Positions 1 through 11,705 of a stretch of DNA of 64,000 nt are shown here, one piece after another. The position numbers and the translations under genes were made by a program. Below the pieces are notes generated by a model. That model saw only the letters and a list, made by a program, of their open reading frames with translations. It was not told the DNA's origin and searched no databases. How positions within the stretch are numbered: position 1 is the first letter of the stretch; every line of letters begins with the position of its first letter. This DNA comes from Octopus sinensis (lineage: Eukaryota), in the NCBI RefSeq assembly GCF_006345805.1, contig NC_043000.1:53878001-53942000 (forward strand). Direction: 5' to 3'.

Positions 1-2941
1 CCCCCTACAATCAAGCAACGTAGACAGAACCATGAAAAAACACCAAATAACGCCAACATGAAATATGTATCCTCTGACCAAGTGGCAAACCAAACAAGTA
101 ACTCTTTTTTACTGACATACCTAGAAAATATGAAGACCGACCTAAGCCACAAGATCCAGCGAGCTATCACCAACCAACTATGCAAATCACAAGGACCACT
201 CACCCATTACCAATTTCCCTTACCTCGACATTCCTGTTAAATGTACATGGCATCAACCCATCAATTATTGCCCAAAAATGGAAGATCCCATATATAGAGA
301 GTTGGCTTGCCGAAATGGCACATTGCTTCCCTTTCTTTATCCTTACCGAGACTCACCTGAACAACACCCATATGGACGCAGAGGTGAAAATAAAAGATTT
401 CACCATTGTTCGTGCGGATCGCACAGACCGAATAAGGGAGGGACAGCTATCTTTATCCATGACTCTTTTCACTTGATACCAAGGACATATTTTCCAATGG
501 CTACTGTGAATCGGTATCACTATAAAACAAAGCCAAGGACATAATAATTGTTGGTCTTTACAGGCCTCCCCAGGCACCTCTAAAGTACTTTGAAGAGTGC
601 CTTAGCAAAGTCAAGTCCTTCTTCGGAAAGTACCACTCCGGACACATACTAGTGAGGTGATTTTAACTCTCATGTGAACTGGCCCACAAATACTCTGAAG
701 TTAGGCAAGTGCTCTACATCAGATAGAGCAGCAGCAGAACCGCTCTTTAATCTTATGGATGAGTATTTCCTGACTCAGCTAGTGCTCGAACCAACGAGAC
801 AGAATAAAACGATCTTGGATCTGGTATTGACCAATCACTCTAGCTACGTTCACAGTATTTCAGTCGAAAAAACTCTCCTCTCAGACCACGACATGGTACT
901 CTGCAATTTTAATTCCTGACATATAAAAACCAAACCAGCCAATCCCACTACAATCCCATTTGACAACATAAACTTCTACAAAGCGGACTGGGGAGCAATC
1001 AGAAAGGATCTGTCTTCCATCGACTGGTCTTTTACTCTCAATTCCTCTCATATTGAGACCGCGTGACAGCACTTTCAAAACATTGTCACCTATACATGCT
1101 CTAAACACGCTCCCACGAAATCTACTAACACAAACAGAAACCGGCTCCCTAAAAAGAAAAAAAACACTCATCAGACGCATCAAAAGACTCAACAAAAAAA
1201 TCAACCAATTAAAATATTCCCACACACAACATCCACATTCAACAACAATGAAAAGACTAGAGCTGGAAAAACTTCATCTGCAGACCAACATGAAAACCTC
1301 CATTGAAAATCAAAGAGCTGTGGAGGAACAGTGGGTAATCAAAAACATCAAACAGGACCCAAAAGTGTTCTATTCTTATGCAAATAAGCATAGAACCACC
1401 GTCTCACCCATTGGGCCATTGATTGATGATAACGGCATTCCCCAACACGATGCTAAAGAAATGGCAGAAATACTGCAGAAACAATACTGCTCTGTCTTTA
1501 GTGTTCCCACTGATATTGACGTAAGAGAAACGAACGAAGTTGACTCCCAACATAAAACCTCAGACATAACCTTCACTGCCACTGACATCGTAGCAGCAAT
1601 AAATGAGGTCAAATATTACTCTGCTGTAGGCCCTGATAGATTCCCCGCTAGTCTCCCGAAGGAATGTAGACACCAACTTGCAGTCCCTCTGACCAACCTC
1701 TGGAGAAATTCGTTAGACGCAGGTTATATACCGAAACAGTTTCTATCCCAGTCGGTCATCCCGGTTTTCAAATAGGGAAACAGATCCCTCGCAGTCAACT
1801 ATCGCCCAAACTTACTCACCTCCCACATCATTAAAGTATTTCAAAGAGTGTTAAGATCAAGGATAGCTGACTTCCTGGAGACCCACAAACTTCTAAATGC
1901 AAATCAGCATGGCTTTTGCAGTGGCAGGGACTGTCTAACACAGCTCTTACACCACATTGAAGATGTACTCAAAGCCTTGGGAACAGGTTCGACCTCTGAC
2001 ATCATATATCTTGACTTCAGTAAAGCGTTCGACAGGGTAGACCATAAGCTCCAGCAAATCGTCAATGAAGAAGCAGACCGAAACAAAATGCAACTGAATG
2101 AGGGAAAATTTGAGCTGATGCATTTTGGAAGAAATTCCTCACTAAAACAACCCTACTCTCTTCCTTCAGGGAACCGCTCACAGCCTCTAACAATATCAGA
2201 GACCTGGGTGTAATTGTTGATGACGATCTCAGTTGGAGTGCACACATCAACAAGAAGGTCGATATAGCTCGTAGGATGAGTTCCTGGATCTTAAGAACTC
2301 TCCGGTCCAGAGAACAAGGTGTCATCATACCACTTTTTCCTCCTTTGGACGGCCACACCTTGAATACTGCTGCTCACTGTGGTCTCCCCATACAAGACAA
2401 AACATCTCCAGAATTGTGTCACCCCAGAGGGCACTCACTAAACGAATTGAAGCCATGGCTGCTCTCGATTATTGGGATCGCCTTAAGGCCTTGAAACTTT
2501 ACTCCCTCCAGCGTCGCCGTGAGCGGCACATCATTTGTACGATGTGGAGAATATACCGCCAAATTTGCCCAAACGACCTTAAGGTACATCCAAGACTGGG
2601 ACCACGGGCCATACGTCCCCTGCCCAATTCAAGATCACAACATACATGTACACTGCAACCTAATTTCTTTTCCTCAACAGGCCCTGCCCTATTTAACATT
2701 GTCCCGAGGGAGATCAAAGAGGAAAAGGATCCCATCAACTTGAAACGGAGTCTGGATAGATTCCTTCAAAGAATACCAGATAAGCCACCCATAATTGGAT
2801 ACAACTCACCCAACAAGAACTCACTACTTGAACAAAACTTGACTTGAACAGGATTCGAATAATCCTCTCAGGTGGTGCTATTAAGTTAGACATGGCCTGG
2901 ACCAATCTTTGTTCGAAACATATCTAAGTTTATCTAAGTTT
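1..2941 (+). mobile_element. Degenerate CR1/L2-group non-LTR retrotransposon (APE endonuclease + RT), internally deleted, 5' end outside or at window edge
   Basis: APE motifs LLNVHGINP / LTETHL / RADR (ORF 180-476); KQDPKVFYSYANK, GPDRFP, QHGFCSGRDCLTQLL, YLDFSKAFDRVDH (1053-2213); C-terminal LKLYSLQRRRER (2416-2847); many stops and frameshifts; 3' tail (TATCTAAGTT)x2 at 2921-2940. Confidence 0.9.
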
Positions 2942-2943
2942 AT

Positions 2944-2978
<35 letters not shown>

Positions 2979-3084
2979 GGCTCGAAACGTAAAATACTTT
3001 TTCTAATCCTAATCGTTATACTAATACATCTGTTTCTTTTGTACACCACCTGTCTTCGTCTTTTGTTTTTTCGTAAACACTCCC
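2979..3084 (+). mobile_element. Penelope-like pLTR 3' fragment beginning in the 3' half of a hammerhead (GCTC-GAAA-CG-TA)
   Basis: Same GCTCGAAACGT motif and C/T-rich tail layout as 30625-30826 and 19030-19225; bounded by (TA)n on both sides. Confidence 0.5.
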
Positions 3085-3102
3085 TATATATATATATATC
3101 AC

Positions 3103-3282
3103 CACATATTTTGATAAAAATTGCCTGAAATAACATAATGTCTCAAGGGCAAAAAAAATTATGCTTTAGCACTGAAAAAACGCATGAAACTCTCGGGCCA
3201 TAAGACGCTATCTTACTTCTACCAGTTATCAATTAATAATATTAATATATATACTCATGCTTTGATTTTATTGTCTGTATGC

Positions 3283-3331
<49 letters not shown>

Positions 3332-3511
3332 CACGTGATCACGTGACCAACGAGTCCATCAGATGTAGTCACACATCGCTGGTCACAATGCGTTCGCATT
3401 GTTTTAGCCTTCGAATGACGTCACCCCGCTGGCTAAAGGAGCAGGCCAACAGAAGAAAGAGTGGGAGAAAGAGTTGTGAAAGTGTACAGCAGGGATCACC
3501 ACCCGCTGCCG

Positions 3512-3542
<31 letters not shown>

Positions 3543-3564
3543 ATATATATATAATATATATATA

Positions 3565-3619
<55 letters not shown>

Positions 3620-3822
3620 TGTGTGTGTGTGTGTGTGTGTGTATGGCATACAAACAATAAAATCAAAGCATGAGTATATATATTAATATTATTAATTGAT
3701 AACTGGTAGAAGTAAGATAGCGTCTTATGGCCCGAGAGTTTCATGCGTTTTTTAAGTGATAAAGCATAAATGTTTTTGCCCTTGAGACATTATGTTATTT
3801 CAGCCAATTATTATCAAAATAT
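3103..3822. repeat. Inverted repeat pair (about 220-bp arms, 3103-3330 / 3600-3822) around microsatellites and a SINE fragment
   Basis: TGATAAAAATTGCCTGAAATAACATAATGTCTCAAGGGC...CTCATGCTTTGATTTTATTG is reverse-complemented at 3652-3820. Confidence 0.85.
3331..3510 (-). mobile_element. SINE body/tail fragment (shares central region with 39441-39828)
   Basis: GAGAAAGAGTTGTGAAAGTGTACAGCAGGGATCACCACC matches 39652-39696; head missing. Confidence 0.7.
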
Positions 3823-3956
3823 ATGTATATACATAGATATATATTACCGATATACATACATTCGTATATAAATATGCATATATATATGTATATATATATA
3901 TGTTACCAATATACATACAGAGATATACGTATGTCTGTATATATATATATATATAT

Positions 3957-4344
3957 GAGTGGCTGTGTGGTAAGAAGCTTGTTTACCAGCCGCATGGTTC
4001 CGGGTTCAGTCCCACTGCGTGGCACCCTGGGCAATTGTCTTCTACTATAGCTTGGGGCCGACCAAAACCTTGTGAGTGGATTTGGTAGACGGAAACTGAA
4101 AGAAGCACGTCGTACATATGTATATATATATATATTTGTGTGTCTGTGTTTGTCCCCATAGCATTGCTTGACAACCGAAGCTGGTGTGTTTATGTCCCCG
4201 TCAATTAGCAGTTCGGCAAAAGAGACCGATAGAATAAGTACTGGGCTTACAAAGAATAAGTCCCGGGGTTGAGTTGCTCGATTAAAGGCGATGCTCCAGC
4301 ATGGCCGCAGTCAAATGACTGAAACAAGTAATAGAGTAAAAGAG
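3957..4344 (+). mobile_element. Full-length tRNA-derived SINE with central microsatellite
   Basis: A-box-like TGGCTGTGTGGTAAG, B-box-like GGTTCAGTCCC, internal (TA/TG)n, 3' tail GAAACAAGTAATAGAGTAAAAGAG; homologous pieces at 4822, 30960, 31335, 32520, 54395. Confidence 0.85.
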
Positions 4345-4775
4345 TATATATTTGTATATATATATATACATATATATATATACATTAAAAATCAGTAGAA
4401 TGTTTGATGGGATATTGTAGTGTGTGAAAATAATTGACCATTATGAATAAAATGACAAGACTCGAAATTTTTTCCAGCGTTAATTCTGCATGAAGAGCCT
4501 ATACGTAAGTGCTGGTGGAACACTATTTAGACCGTGTACACTAATCCGTTTTGTGAAGTTAATTGTGTGAATGCATTACATATAAAATATATTTCGGAAT
4601 CTACGAATCTGAATACTATAATTTGCATCTAATACTTTATTATGAAAATTACAGTTATAATTTTAAATGAGTAAAACACGTTTCCGCAATTTGTCTGAAG
4701 ACATTCTCTCTCCCTCTATTTTCGCTAAGTATCGATCTATCTTTCTATATATCTCTCCCTCTTTCTCTTTTTCCC

Positions 4776-4821
<46 letters not shown>

Positions 4822-4995
4822 GCGCAGGATTGGGTTTGTGGTATGTAGCTTGCTAACGAACCACATGGTTCCGGGTTCAGTCCCAGTGCGTAGCACCTTG
4901 GGTAAGTATCATCAACTATAGTCCAGGACCGACCAAATCCTTGTGAGTGGATTTGGTTGACGGAAACTGAAAGAAGCCCGTCATATATATGTACG

Positions 4996-5026
<31 letters not shown>

Positions 5027-5090
5027 TTGCGTATGTGTGTGTGTGCGTGTATGTATGTGTGTGCATTCGGTTGTGTGTCTGTTTGCGCCT
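4822..5090 (+). mobile_element. 5' half of the same SINE family, truncated in its microsatellite by a Penelope-like element
   Basis: ACCACATGGTTCCGGGTTCAGTCCCAGTGCGTAGCACCTTGGG ... GACGGAAACTGAAAGAAGCCCGTC matches 3990-4112. Confidence 0.8.
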
Positions 5091-6560
5091 AGAAGATCTG
5101 GAAGAATTTAGTACCCACCTCAACGTTCTACACCCTGCTATAAAATTTACGAGAGAAATTAGCAACACACAATTACAATTTCTTGACACAATGCTAATTA
5201 AAAACAACACCACAATCACAACTAATATTTATTACAAAAGTACAGATACACTCCAGTATCTGAATTTCAAATCATGCCAACAAACACACGCGCAAAACGC
5301 AAAATTCCGTACTGTCTACCAAGGAAAATTTGTACTATAGTAGATGATCCAAATACCAGGAACATACGACTTTTAGAATTCAAAGGATTACTGCTCAAGT
5401 ACAATACCCTCCCCTACTTATAGAAAGTAGCAGACAACGAACAAAAGGATACCTATAGAATAACTTAGGGCAACACTAGAAAGACGAACCCGTCCTCGAA
5501 GCACAATACCATTTCTAGTATCACACAATCCACATGACCAGAACATTTTTAACATCATCAAAACAAATTTGCCAATCATGACACATAGTGAAGTAGTTAG
5601 AAAACATAATGATTGACCAAACACTTACCTTAAGCAAAAGGCGACCCCATAACCTTAGAAAACTATTAACAAATACAACATGAACAGCATGAACAAACAG
5701 AATAAAACATTCACAGTATCTGAGCGTAGTGATAACATATGTGGAACGTGTCAATACATGCATACTAGCAGTTTCATTAGAACAAAAAGGGGAGAGATTT
5801 CCACAAATGCAGATATGAACTACAAAACCAGAAATTTCATCTACTTCATTAAACGCCTTAATTGCGTGGAACTATGCATTATTGAGACGGGGAATGCGTT
5901 ATCGGAACGTTCACGAATTCACAGGCAACAAATCTGAAACACTAATGTTCGCTAAATTCCATTGAGTGAACATATAGAAACATGTGGTCAGAAAATGTTT
6001 GTAATCTTTCCTTTCCACAAACTACATGATACAAGTGAGGTTGGAAGAAAGATAAAAGACAAATATTTCATTGCAATATTCAAACCTATCCTGAATGGAA
6101 ATAACAACAATAATATAACTACCAGTTAATGGTGTGGATTAAAAAAATATCTTGAACATATGAATATAAACGAATTACAGAAGACTCCCATCGTTTGAAA
6201 TAAAAACGATCGAAACCAGCTAATTTTGCTCATCCATAAAACCATGACGGTAAACCACAAGCTAATTGATTAAAATGAAGGCGGGATCTATGTCAGTAAT
6301 ATCGGTGCGCCCGACAAACCGTGACGTTTAATATGCATGCTGATTGGTCAAAGCAGTATTCGTAAATTTCAGCTTGTGGGAGCCTTCCATTGGTATAGAT
6401 ACGAAGACTGTCATTTTACTACAGTTGTCAGGAGCTCAACTCAGCAGATGATTACTACGAACGTATGAAAGCGCTAATTGAACACACACACTCACATTTC
6501 TCTATTTATATGCGAATCCCATCGCCTAAATTGTTTTTGAAATATCGTGTTTAATCGATT
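5091..6560 (+). mobile_element. 5'-truncated, degenerate Penelope-like element (RT C-terminus + GIY-YIG endonuclease + 3' UTR/pLTR)
   Basis: LHPAIKFTREISNTQLQFLDTMLIK...IYYKSTDTLQYLNFKSC (PLE RT end); ICGTCQY, NFIYFI, TGNALSERSRIHRQQI, IPLSEHIETCG, IFPFHK...KYFIAIFKPILN, stop at 6127-6129. Confidence 0.88.
6441..6481 (+). ncRNA. Degenerate minimal hammerhead motif in PLE 3' end
   Basis: CAGATGA (CUGAUGA variant), TACG-AA-CGTA hairpin, GAAA, palindromic GCGC, TA; stem I poor; same GAAAGCGCT end as 47692 and 48058. Confidence 0.4.
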
Positions 6561-7204
6561 CTTCATTCATAATATGTGTTCAATATATAAATACGGTAAT
6601 ATAGACTAATAGGATTCAATGAACATATAGGTACATGTGCATGTCACAACCAGAATTACGATTTGCTTTATCGAAATTTGATAATAGAGCTAAACGCCAA
6701 CGCATTAATACAGATATGTGTTACATCACTAAATCTCAAGCACGTCTGAGTACCTATAATGGACAAAGGGAGATAATAACCATCATCAACAATACTGCAA
6801 ACCTTGCTGAGACCACCATCAGATCTACAACCAAGTTATGTATGAGTAGCTACTGTAAGCAAACACCACAACTACAAGCTAGATGAAAGACTACTATAAG
6901 CCACTATAAACTTTAGTTGTGGCTAATTCTACTACCATTCCTCCTCCCACCGCCAACAGGCTCACCTGCTACCACATTTATTAAGCGTTAACTACTTCCA
7001 AAATACAACAACCAGGAGGGAACGAGATAATGCACCACGTGATCTCTAAAGAGAAAACATGTGAAATTCCATAAATAATATAATGCAAGATTATCTTATT
7101 TTATACGTTACAGTTCTACTTTATTCCAGTCTGAAGAGATCATTTTAAAACTTCCCCCCAAATTTGTCTTCCATGATAAAGTTCTCTATATATTAAAGCT
7201 AGTT

Positions 7205-7550
7205 CTCTATATGTACGTACATATGTATGTATGTATGTATGTATATATGTATGTATGTATGTTTGTATGTATATATGTATATAAGTATGCATGTATGTGT
7301 GTATGGTATAGATGTATGGATATATGTATATATATATAAATATATGTATGCATGTATGAAAATATGTATGTGTGTATATATATATGTATATGCATATATA
7401 TGTATGTATATATATGAATATATATATATATATGCATATATATATATATATATGTGTATATATGTGTATATATGTATATATATACATGTATATATATGTA
7501 TATATGTATATATGTATATATTTATATGTATATATGTATTTATATATATG

Positions 7551-7582
<32 letters not shown>

Positions 7583-7626
7583 CGTATATATATGTATATA
7601 CATATATATATATATATATGTATATG

Positions 7627-7657
<31 letters not shown>

Positions 7658-7665
7658 GTACACAC
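7205..7665. repeat. Long degenerate (TA)/(TATG) microsatellite
   Basis: Direct reading; source of the spurious IYIY ORFs. Confidence 0.95.
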
Positions 7666-8764
7666 ATTTAAAATAACTTTGTAACCTCAAGTACTCTGTT
7701 TTAAACTACACCGGTCACTCCATTAAGTATATTTCAAATAGAATTACATATAGCCTTGTGAATATTTAAGTACACCCACACATCCAAAGGCCCACACACG
7801 CAGTGTTAGACACATACATATGTTTATAGACTTATAAGTAAATTAAATGGTATTATGATAACATTTATATAGTATATTAGGCAAATTCGTCCAAACAGTA
7901 AGCAGATTCTCCAGCCATCAAAATGATTAAAAGCCCATAAAGCAACTGCCACGAAGTTGACAAAATAAGAAGAAAAAGACATATAGTAGAAAAACAAGTG
8001 AATTGTGCAAAAACAATAGCGCAAACGTGACGAAAACCACTGAGAAATAGTGTCAAAGTTACACTTGTTTTCCACTGCAAGCGACACCTCAGACGTTATA
8101 TCAGTTTGTAAAGAAGACTATAAAAGAAAGACGTCGTTGAAGGGGTTATAGTGAAAGTAAATGCTGAAAAGATATTTGAAAAGACTGTTGAAGAGATAAT
8201 AGTGCAATATAAGAACGAAAGAAAATATCACATCCCACAGTTCAACCAATAACAAGCAAGACAGCAGCAATGTACAATAGAAGCAAAATACTGAGAAAAA
8301 GAGATGAAAAAGTGGGAACGGAAGGGTGTGCGCGACGGTGAAGAAGGAGTAAAAGGAAACTAAAATTTGGTATACTGCTGTCAACAATAGATATTATGGT
8401 AAACTACGTGGAAGAAACGCCTCCAATGTTTTGATGCCATGCCACAAAGACACAATCTTATACAAACACAGGCACACAAATGCATGCACACACATAACAT
8501 GTAATATTTATACATGCATACGTATATGCATATATATATATATAACTAATGTAGGATAAAATTTTTTTCGGGAAAAAAATTTTATCAATGGCCAGCATAT
8601 CAAAAGATACCTTTAAAGGTTAAATTTATAAATAATTTACAAGATAAGGGCAAAAGAAAGAATTCTAATGCCAAATATGCCGAAAAAAAGACAAAACTTT
8701 TCAATAACCATTATAATTTATGCGTCGCGAAACAAACCGATAGAAATCTCTAAAAAATTCGTTA

Positions 8765-8825
8765 TTACCGTATTGGTCCAATTTCGGGGTTAATTAATAA
8801 TAAATGTTCCCCTCTTCAGCGGCAA
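8765..8825 (-). ncRNA. Type I hammerhead ribozyme, canonical core
   Basis: Minus strand: UUGCCG CUGAAGA GGGG(loop)CCCC GAAA UUGG-A-CCAA UA CGGUAA; stems I, II and III all pair. Confidence 0.8.
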
Positions 8826-9166
8826 ATACGCGAGATATAAGTGAAATACTTACTCATACCCATGGAAAAAGTATGCACTAAGTCCTGAGCAGACATAAGT
8901 ACCCCAAATATATCCAAAATAGAAAAAATCCTCGGCATATCTCGAGACACGTGTGATTCGACCTAGAAACTTTCACTGAATGAGAACAGTGTTCACTTCC
9001 GGATTCTCTCATTCTGTGAAAGTTTCTTGTTTGAATCACACGTGTCTCGAGATGTGCCGAAGATTTTTTCTATTTTGGATATATTTGGGGTACTTATGTC
9101 TTCTCAGGACTTAGTGCTTACTTTTTCCATGGGTATTAGTAAGTATTTCACTTATATCTCGCGTAT

Positions 9167-9227
9167 TCGCCGCTGAAGAGGGGAAAATTTATTATTAATT
9201 AACCCCGAAGTTGGACCAATACGGTAA
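9167..9227 (+). ncRNA. Type I hammerhead ribozyme with A15.1-to-G change
   Basis: GCCG CTGAAGA GGGG...CCCC GAAG TTGG-A-CCAA TA CGGT. Confidence 0.7.
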
Positions 9228-9341
9228 TAACGAATATTTATCGGTTTGTTTCGAGACGCATAAATTATAATGGTTATTGAAAAGTTTTGTCTTTTTTTTG
9301 GCATATTTGGCATTAGAATTTTTCTTTTGCCCTTATCTTGT

Positions 9342-9378
<37 letters not shown>

Positions 9379-9407
9379 GCGAGAAAGAAGCAACAAGAAT
9401 GGATAGG

Positions 9408-9497
9408 TTTAGTACGATCGTTTCATACAAGGACAGGTTTTATTAAAAGTTGCAAAGATTACAGCATATAAACGAGTCCCGTACTCATCAGCTAAAA
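9408..9497 (-). ncRNA. Type I hammerhead ribozyme with long stem II
   Basis: Reverse complement of the 10007-10097 motif; CUGAUGA, GAAA, CGAUCG and UA intact. Confidence 0.78.
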
Positions 9498-10006
9498 TAC
9501 ATGTAGTTCTCTAGACATCCTAGTGTTTGAGGCTATACTCATGAAGTAATGTAGATAATTAAAAGATTTCTAAAGTTCATTAAAGTTCTTAAAGATGATG
9601 CATAGTCTTATCACAGAATTTAAAAAAGTTTTGGTAGCATCACAGAGAAGGTGACCTAATCCATATGAATTTCCATAGATATGATGAGGGATTATATACT
9701 CACAGAGACAAATTTATCCATTGGAATCTGTGCATATATAAAAGGATTAATTCACCCTCTCTGTAATGCTAATAACAATGGATAAATTTGTCTTCTGTGA
9801 GTATAAATCCCTCATTCATATCTATGAAATTCATATGGATTAGGTCACCTTCTCTGTGATGCTACCAAAACTTTTTTAAAATTCTGTGATAAGACTATGC
9901 TCATCTTTTTAAAGAACTTTAATGAACTTTAGAAATCTGTTTAATTATCTACATTACTTCATGAGTATAGCCTCAAACACTAGGATGTCTAGAGAACTTA
10001 CATGTA

Positions 10007-10097
10007 TTTTAGCTGATGAGTACGGGACTCGTTTATAAGCTGTAATCTTTGCAACTTTTAATAAAACCTGTCCTTGTATGAAACGATCGTACTAAAA
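10007..10097 (+). ncRNA. Type I hammerhead ribozyme with long (about 60 nt) stem II
   Basis: TTTTAG CTGATGA GTACGGGAC...GTCCTTGTAT GAAA CGATCG TA CTAAAA; 6-bp stem I, palindromic stem III; predicted cleavage after 10091. Confidence 0.82.
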
Positions 10098-10243
10098 ACC
10101 CTATCCATTCTTGTGCTTCTTTCCGCTTATAATCACCCCACATTACGTATTGTTAAATCAGTATAGTTTTTTTTTGGTGCATCTAAGTTAGGTACCATAT
10201 TCAAGTAAATTTTTTTAAATTAACTTGAATCTTTATTGCTCTT

Positions 10244-10285
<42 letters not shown>

Positions 10286-10289
10286 CATG

Positions 10290-10836
10290 GTCGCTGCCCC
10301 CTCGTTATCGAGTATATCCATTGCACGAAGCCTAATCAGTGTTGTTATCGTGCAATGCCTGTGCAAGAATATGTTTTTTTAAAGTGAGTAAAGGCTGTGC
10401 ACTGAGTTAATCACACTCACTAAGCAACAGCAGCCATAATCCGAAGAGAAGAACAAGTCAACATCATCGGTAACCACTGAGCCTCAGGTTTTATTTCGGA
10501 GTTACCTCAGTTACCTGAGTTACCTAGAAGGATGCCCTAACGAAGGCTAGGAGTCCTTCACTCCCAATGGTTTAAACGCGCGATCGGGTATTCAATCCGA
10601 TTATTTCTATGTCCCCGCGCATGATACATCCTTAAGACAATATATTGGATGGCCGTTGACTCTCAAGAGTTCCTCCGCCCTTTGACGGGTTTTGTTTTTC
10701 ATCCCGCAAGGTGTCCAAGAAACACCCTCGTCACCAAGAAAGCTTGGTGGGGTTGCCAGTTTAGTCGCCGATGACCCGACCATGCAGCAGATTGTACTGG
10801 GTTACATGTTACTAGTAACACTCGAAAGTGGCCTGA
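10290..10836 (-). mobile_element. Unclassified interspersed repeat, possibly RTE-type 5' UTR or a derived non-autonomous element
   Basis: GC-richer block between microsatellites; minus strand has GGGCATCCTTCTAGG...AACTCCGAAATAAAACC, resembling my recollection of RTE 5' UTR motifs; no ORF. Confidence 0.35.
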
Positions 10837-10865
10837 CATACATATACATATATATGTAGATTTAT

Positions 10866-10901
<36 letters not shown>

Positions 10902-11084
10902 TATATATATATATATATATAATATATATATATATATATAATATATATATATGAGCTCGCACATAGATGGCAGACGTAGAGACTCCATAAAACATCGTTT
11001 AATGTTTATTCTAATTTGTAAAATTTTATATTTTTTATTAATTGACATTTTTAGGTTTCAGGTTCTGTATGTGACTCTTTAATC

Positions 11085-11705
11085 ATGCCAAGTACAAAAG
11101 AAGCCTTGGAGCTATTTGAATTTCAAAGAGGCTGTAGGGTCATTCTGAAAGTTGACATAGTACAAAATTGCAGAAAACCTTGAGATCCCGCTTCATACAG
11201 TTAATAGAGTGATTGTGCAATTCACCAGAATGAGGCAGGAGTCAACATCATCCACCCCCAGATCAACCAGGGCCCTCTTGCAAGGCTCTTCTCTTTGCTA
11301 AGGGATGTGTTGTGGATAATGCTCGTTGGTAGGCCACTGACACAACAGAACAAGTTGATGTTAGCCGTCTGAGAACAATTTTCAAGTATCTCTACAAAGT
11401 TGGTTGGTGTCAGTCCCAGAACAGCTATCAGGTATCTCCACAAACTTAGTTACTTTGACAGAGCAGCAAGGAGCAAGCCACTTCTTTGACCAGCCAACAT
11501 CAAGCGGAGAAAAGATTGGGCCAATGAGATGGTGGACAGGCCAGTACCATTTTGGGCCACTGTCATATTCTTTGACGAGTGCCTATTTGCTGTATCTCCT
11601 GACAGTGGTCGAATGTGGCTCTGAAGACTCTGTGATATAGAATTTGATGTGTAAAGATTACAACCAACAATGAAACACAACAGCTATTGTGTGGTGGTCT
11701 GGAAA
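11085..11705 (+). mobile_element. Tc1-like transposase relic, N-terminal and first D region
   Basis: MPSTKEALELFEFQRG, IAENLEIPL, KPLL.PANIKRRKDWANEMVDRPVPFWATVIFFDE, LQPTMKH, VVWK across frameshifts. Confidence 0.75.

Larger units (their letters stand above)
8545..9345. mobile_element. Fold-back pair of Penelope-like pLTRs (arms about 8635-8985 / 9005-9345, loop about 20 bp)
   Basis: Arms are reverse complements (CTCGAGACACGTGTGATTC vs GAATCACACGTGTCTCGAG); each carries an HHR; diverged solo copy at 31668-32090. Confidence 0.85.
9383..10122 (+). mobile_element. Fold-back Penelope-like element: inverted pLTR (9383-9723) + endonuclease C-terminal remnant + pLTR (9776-10122)
   Basis: Arms nearly identical except 1-nt indels; loop 9721-9785 reads LESVHI/KRIN/PSL/NANNNG* with small frameshifts, like a PLE EN end (LESxxIKxxxPSLN). 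Confidence 0.8.

Noticed and set aside
3140-3220. HHR in the 3103-3330 arm
   Set aside because: GAAA and a GTCT/AGAC stem are present, but no CUGANGA core and stem III is not complementary
6170-6228. CAGAAGA…ATCGTTT/AAACGAT…GAAA second HHR-like motif in the PLE 3' UTR
   Set aside because: Good 7-bp hairpin, but core mutated, extra bases, stems I and III not formed; a possible relic only
6635-6886. 83-aa ORF downstream of the PLE
   Set aside because: No recognisable homology or motifs
7125-7155. CTGAAGAGATC after a pLTR-like tract
   Set aside because: No GAAA or stem III
7140-7690. Long IYIY/YTYI ORFs here and at 3184-3673, 12936-13263, 15617-16046, 30408-31682, 60189-60584, 63035-63371
   Set aside because: Translations of TA/CA microsatellites, which lack stop codons
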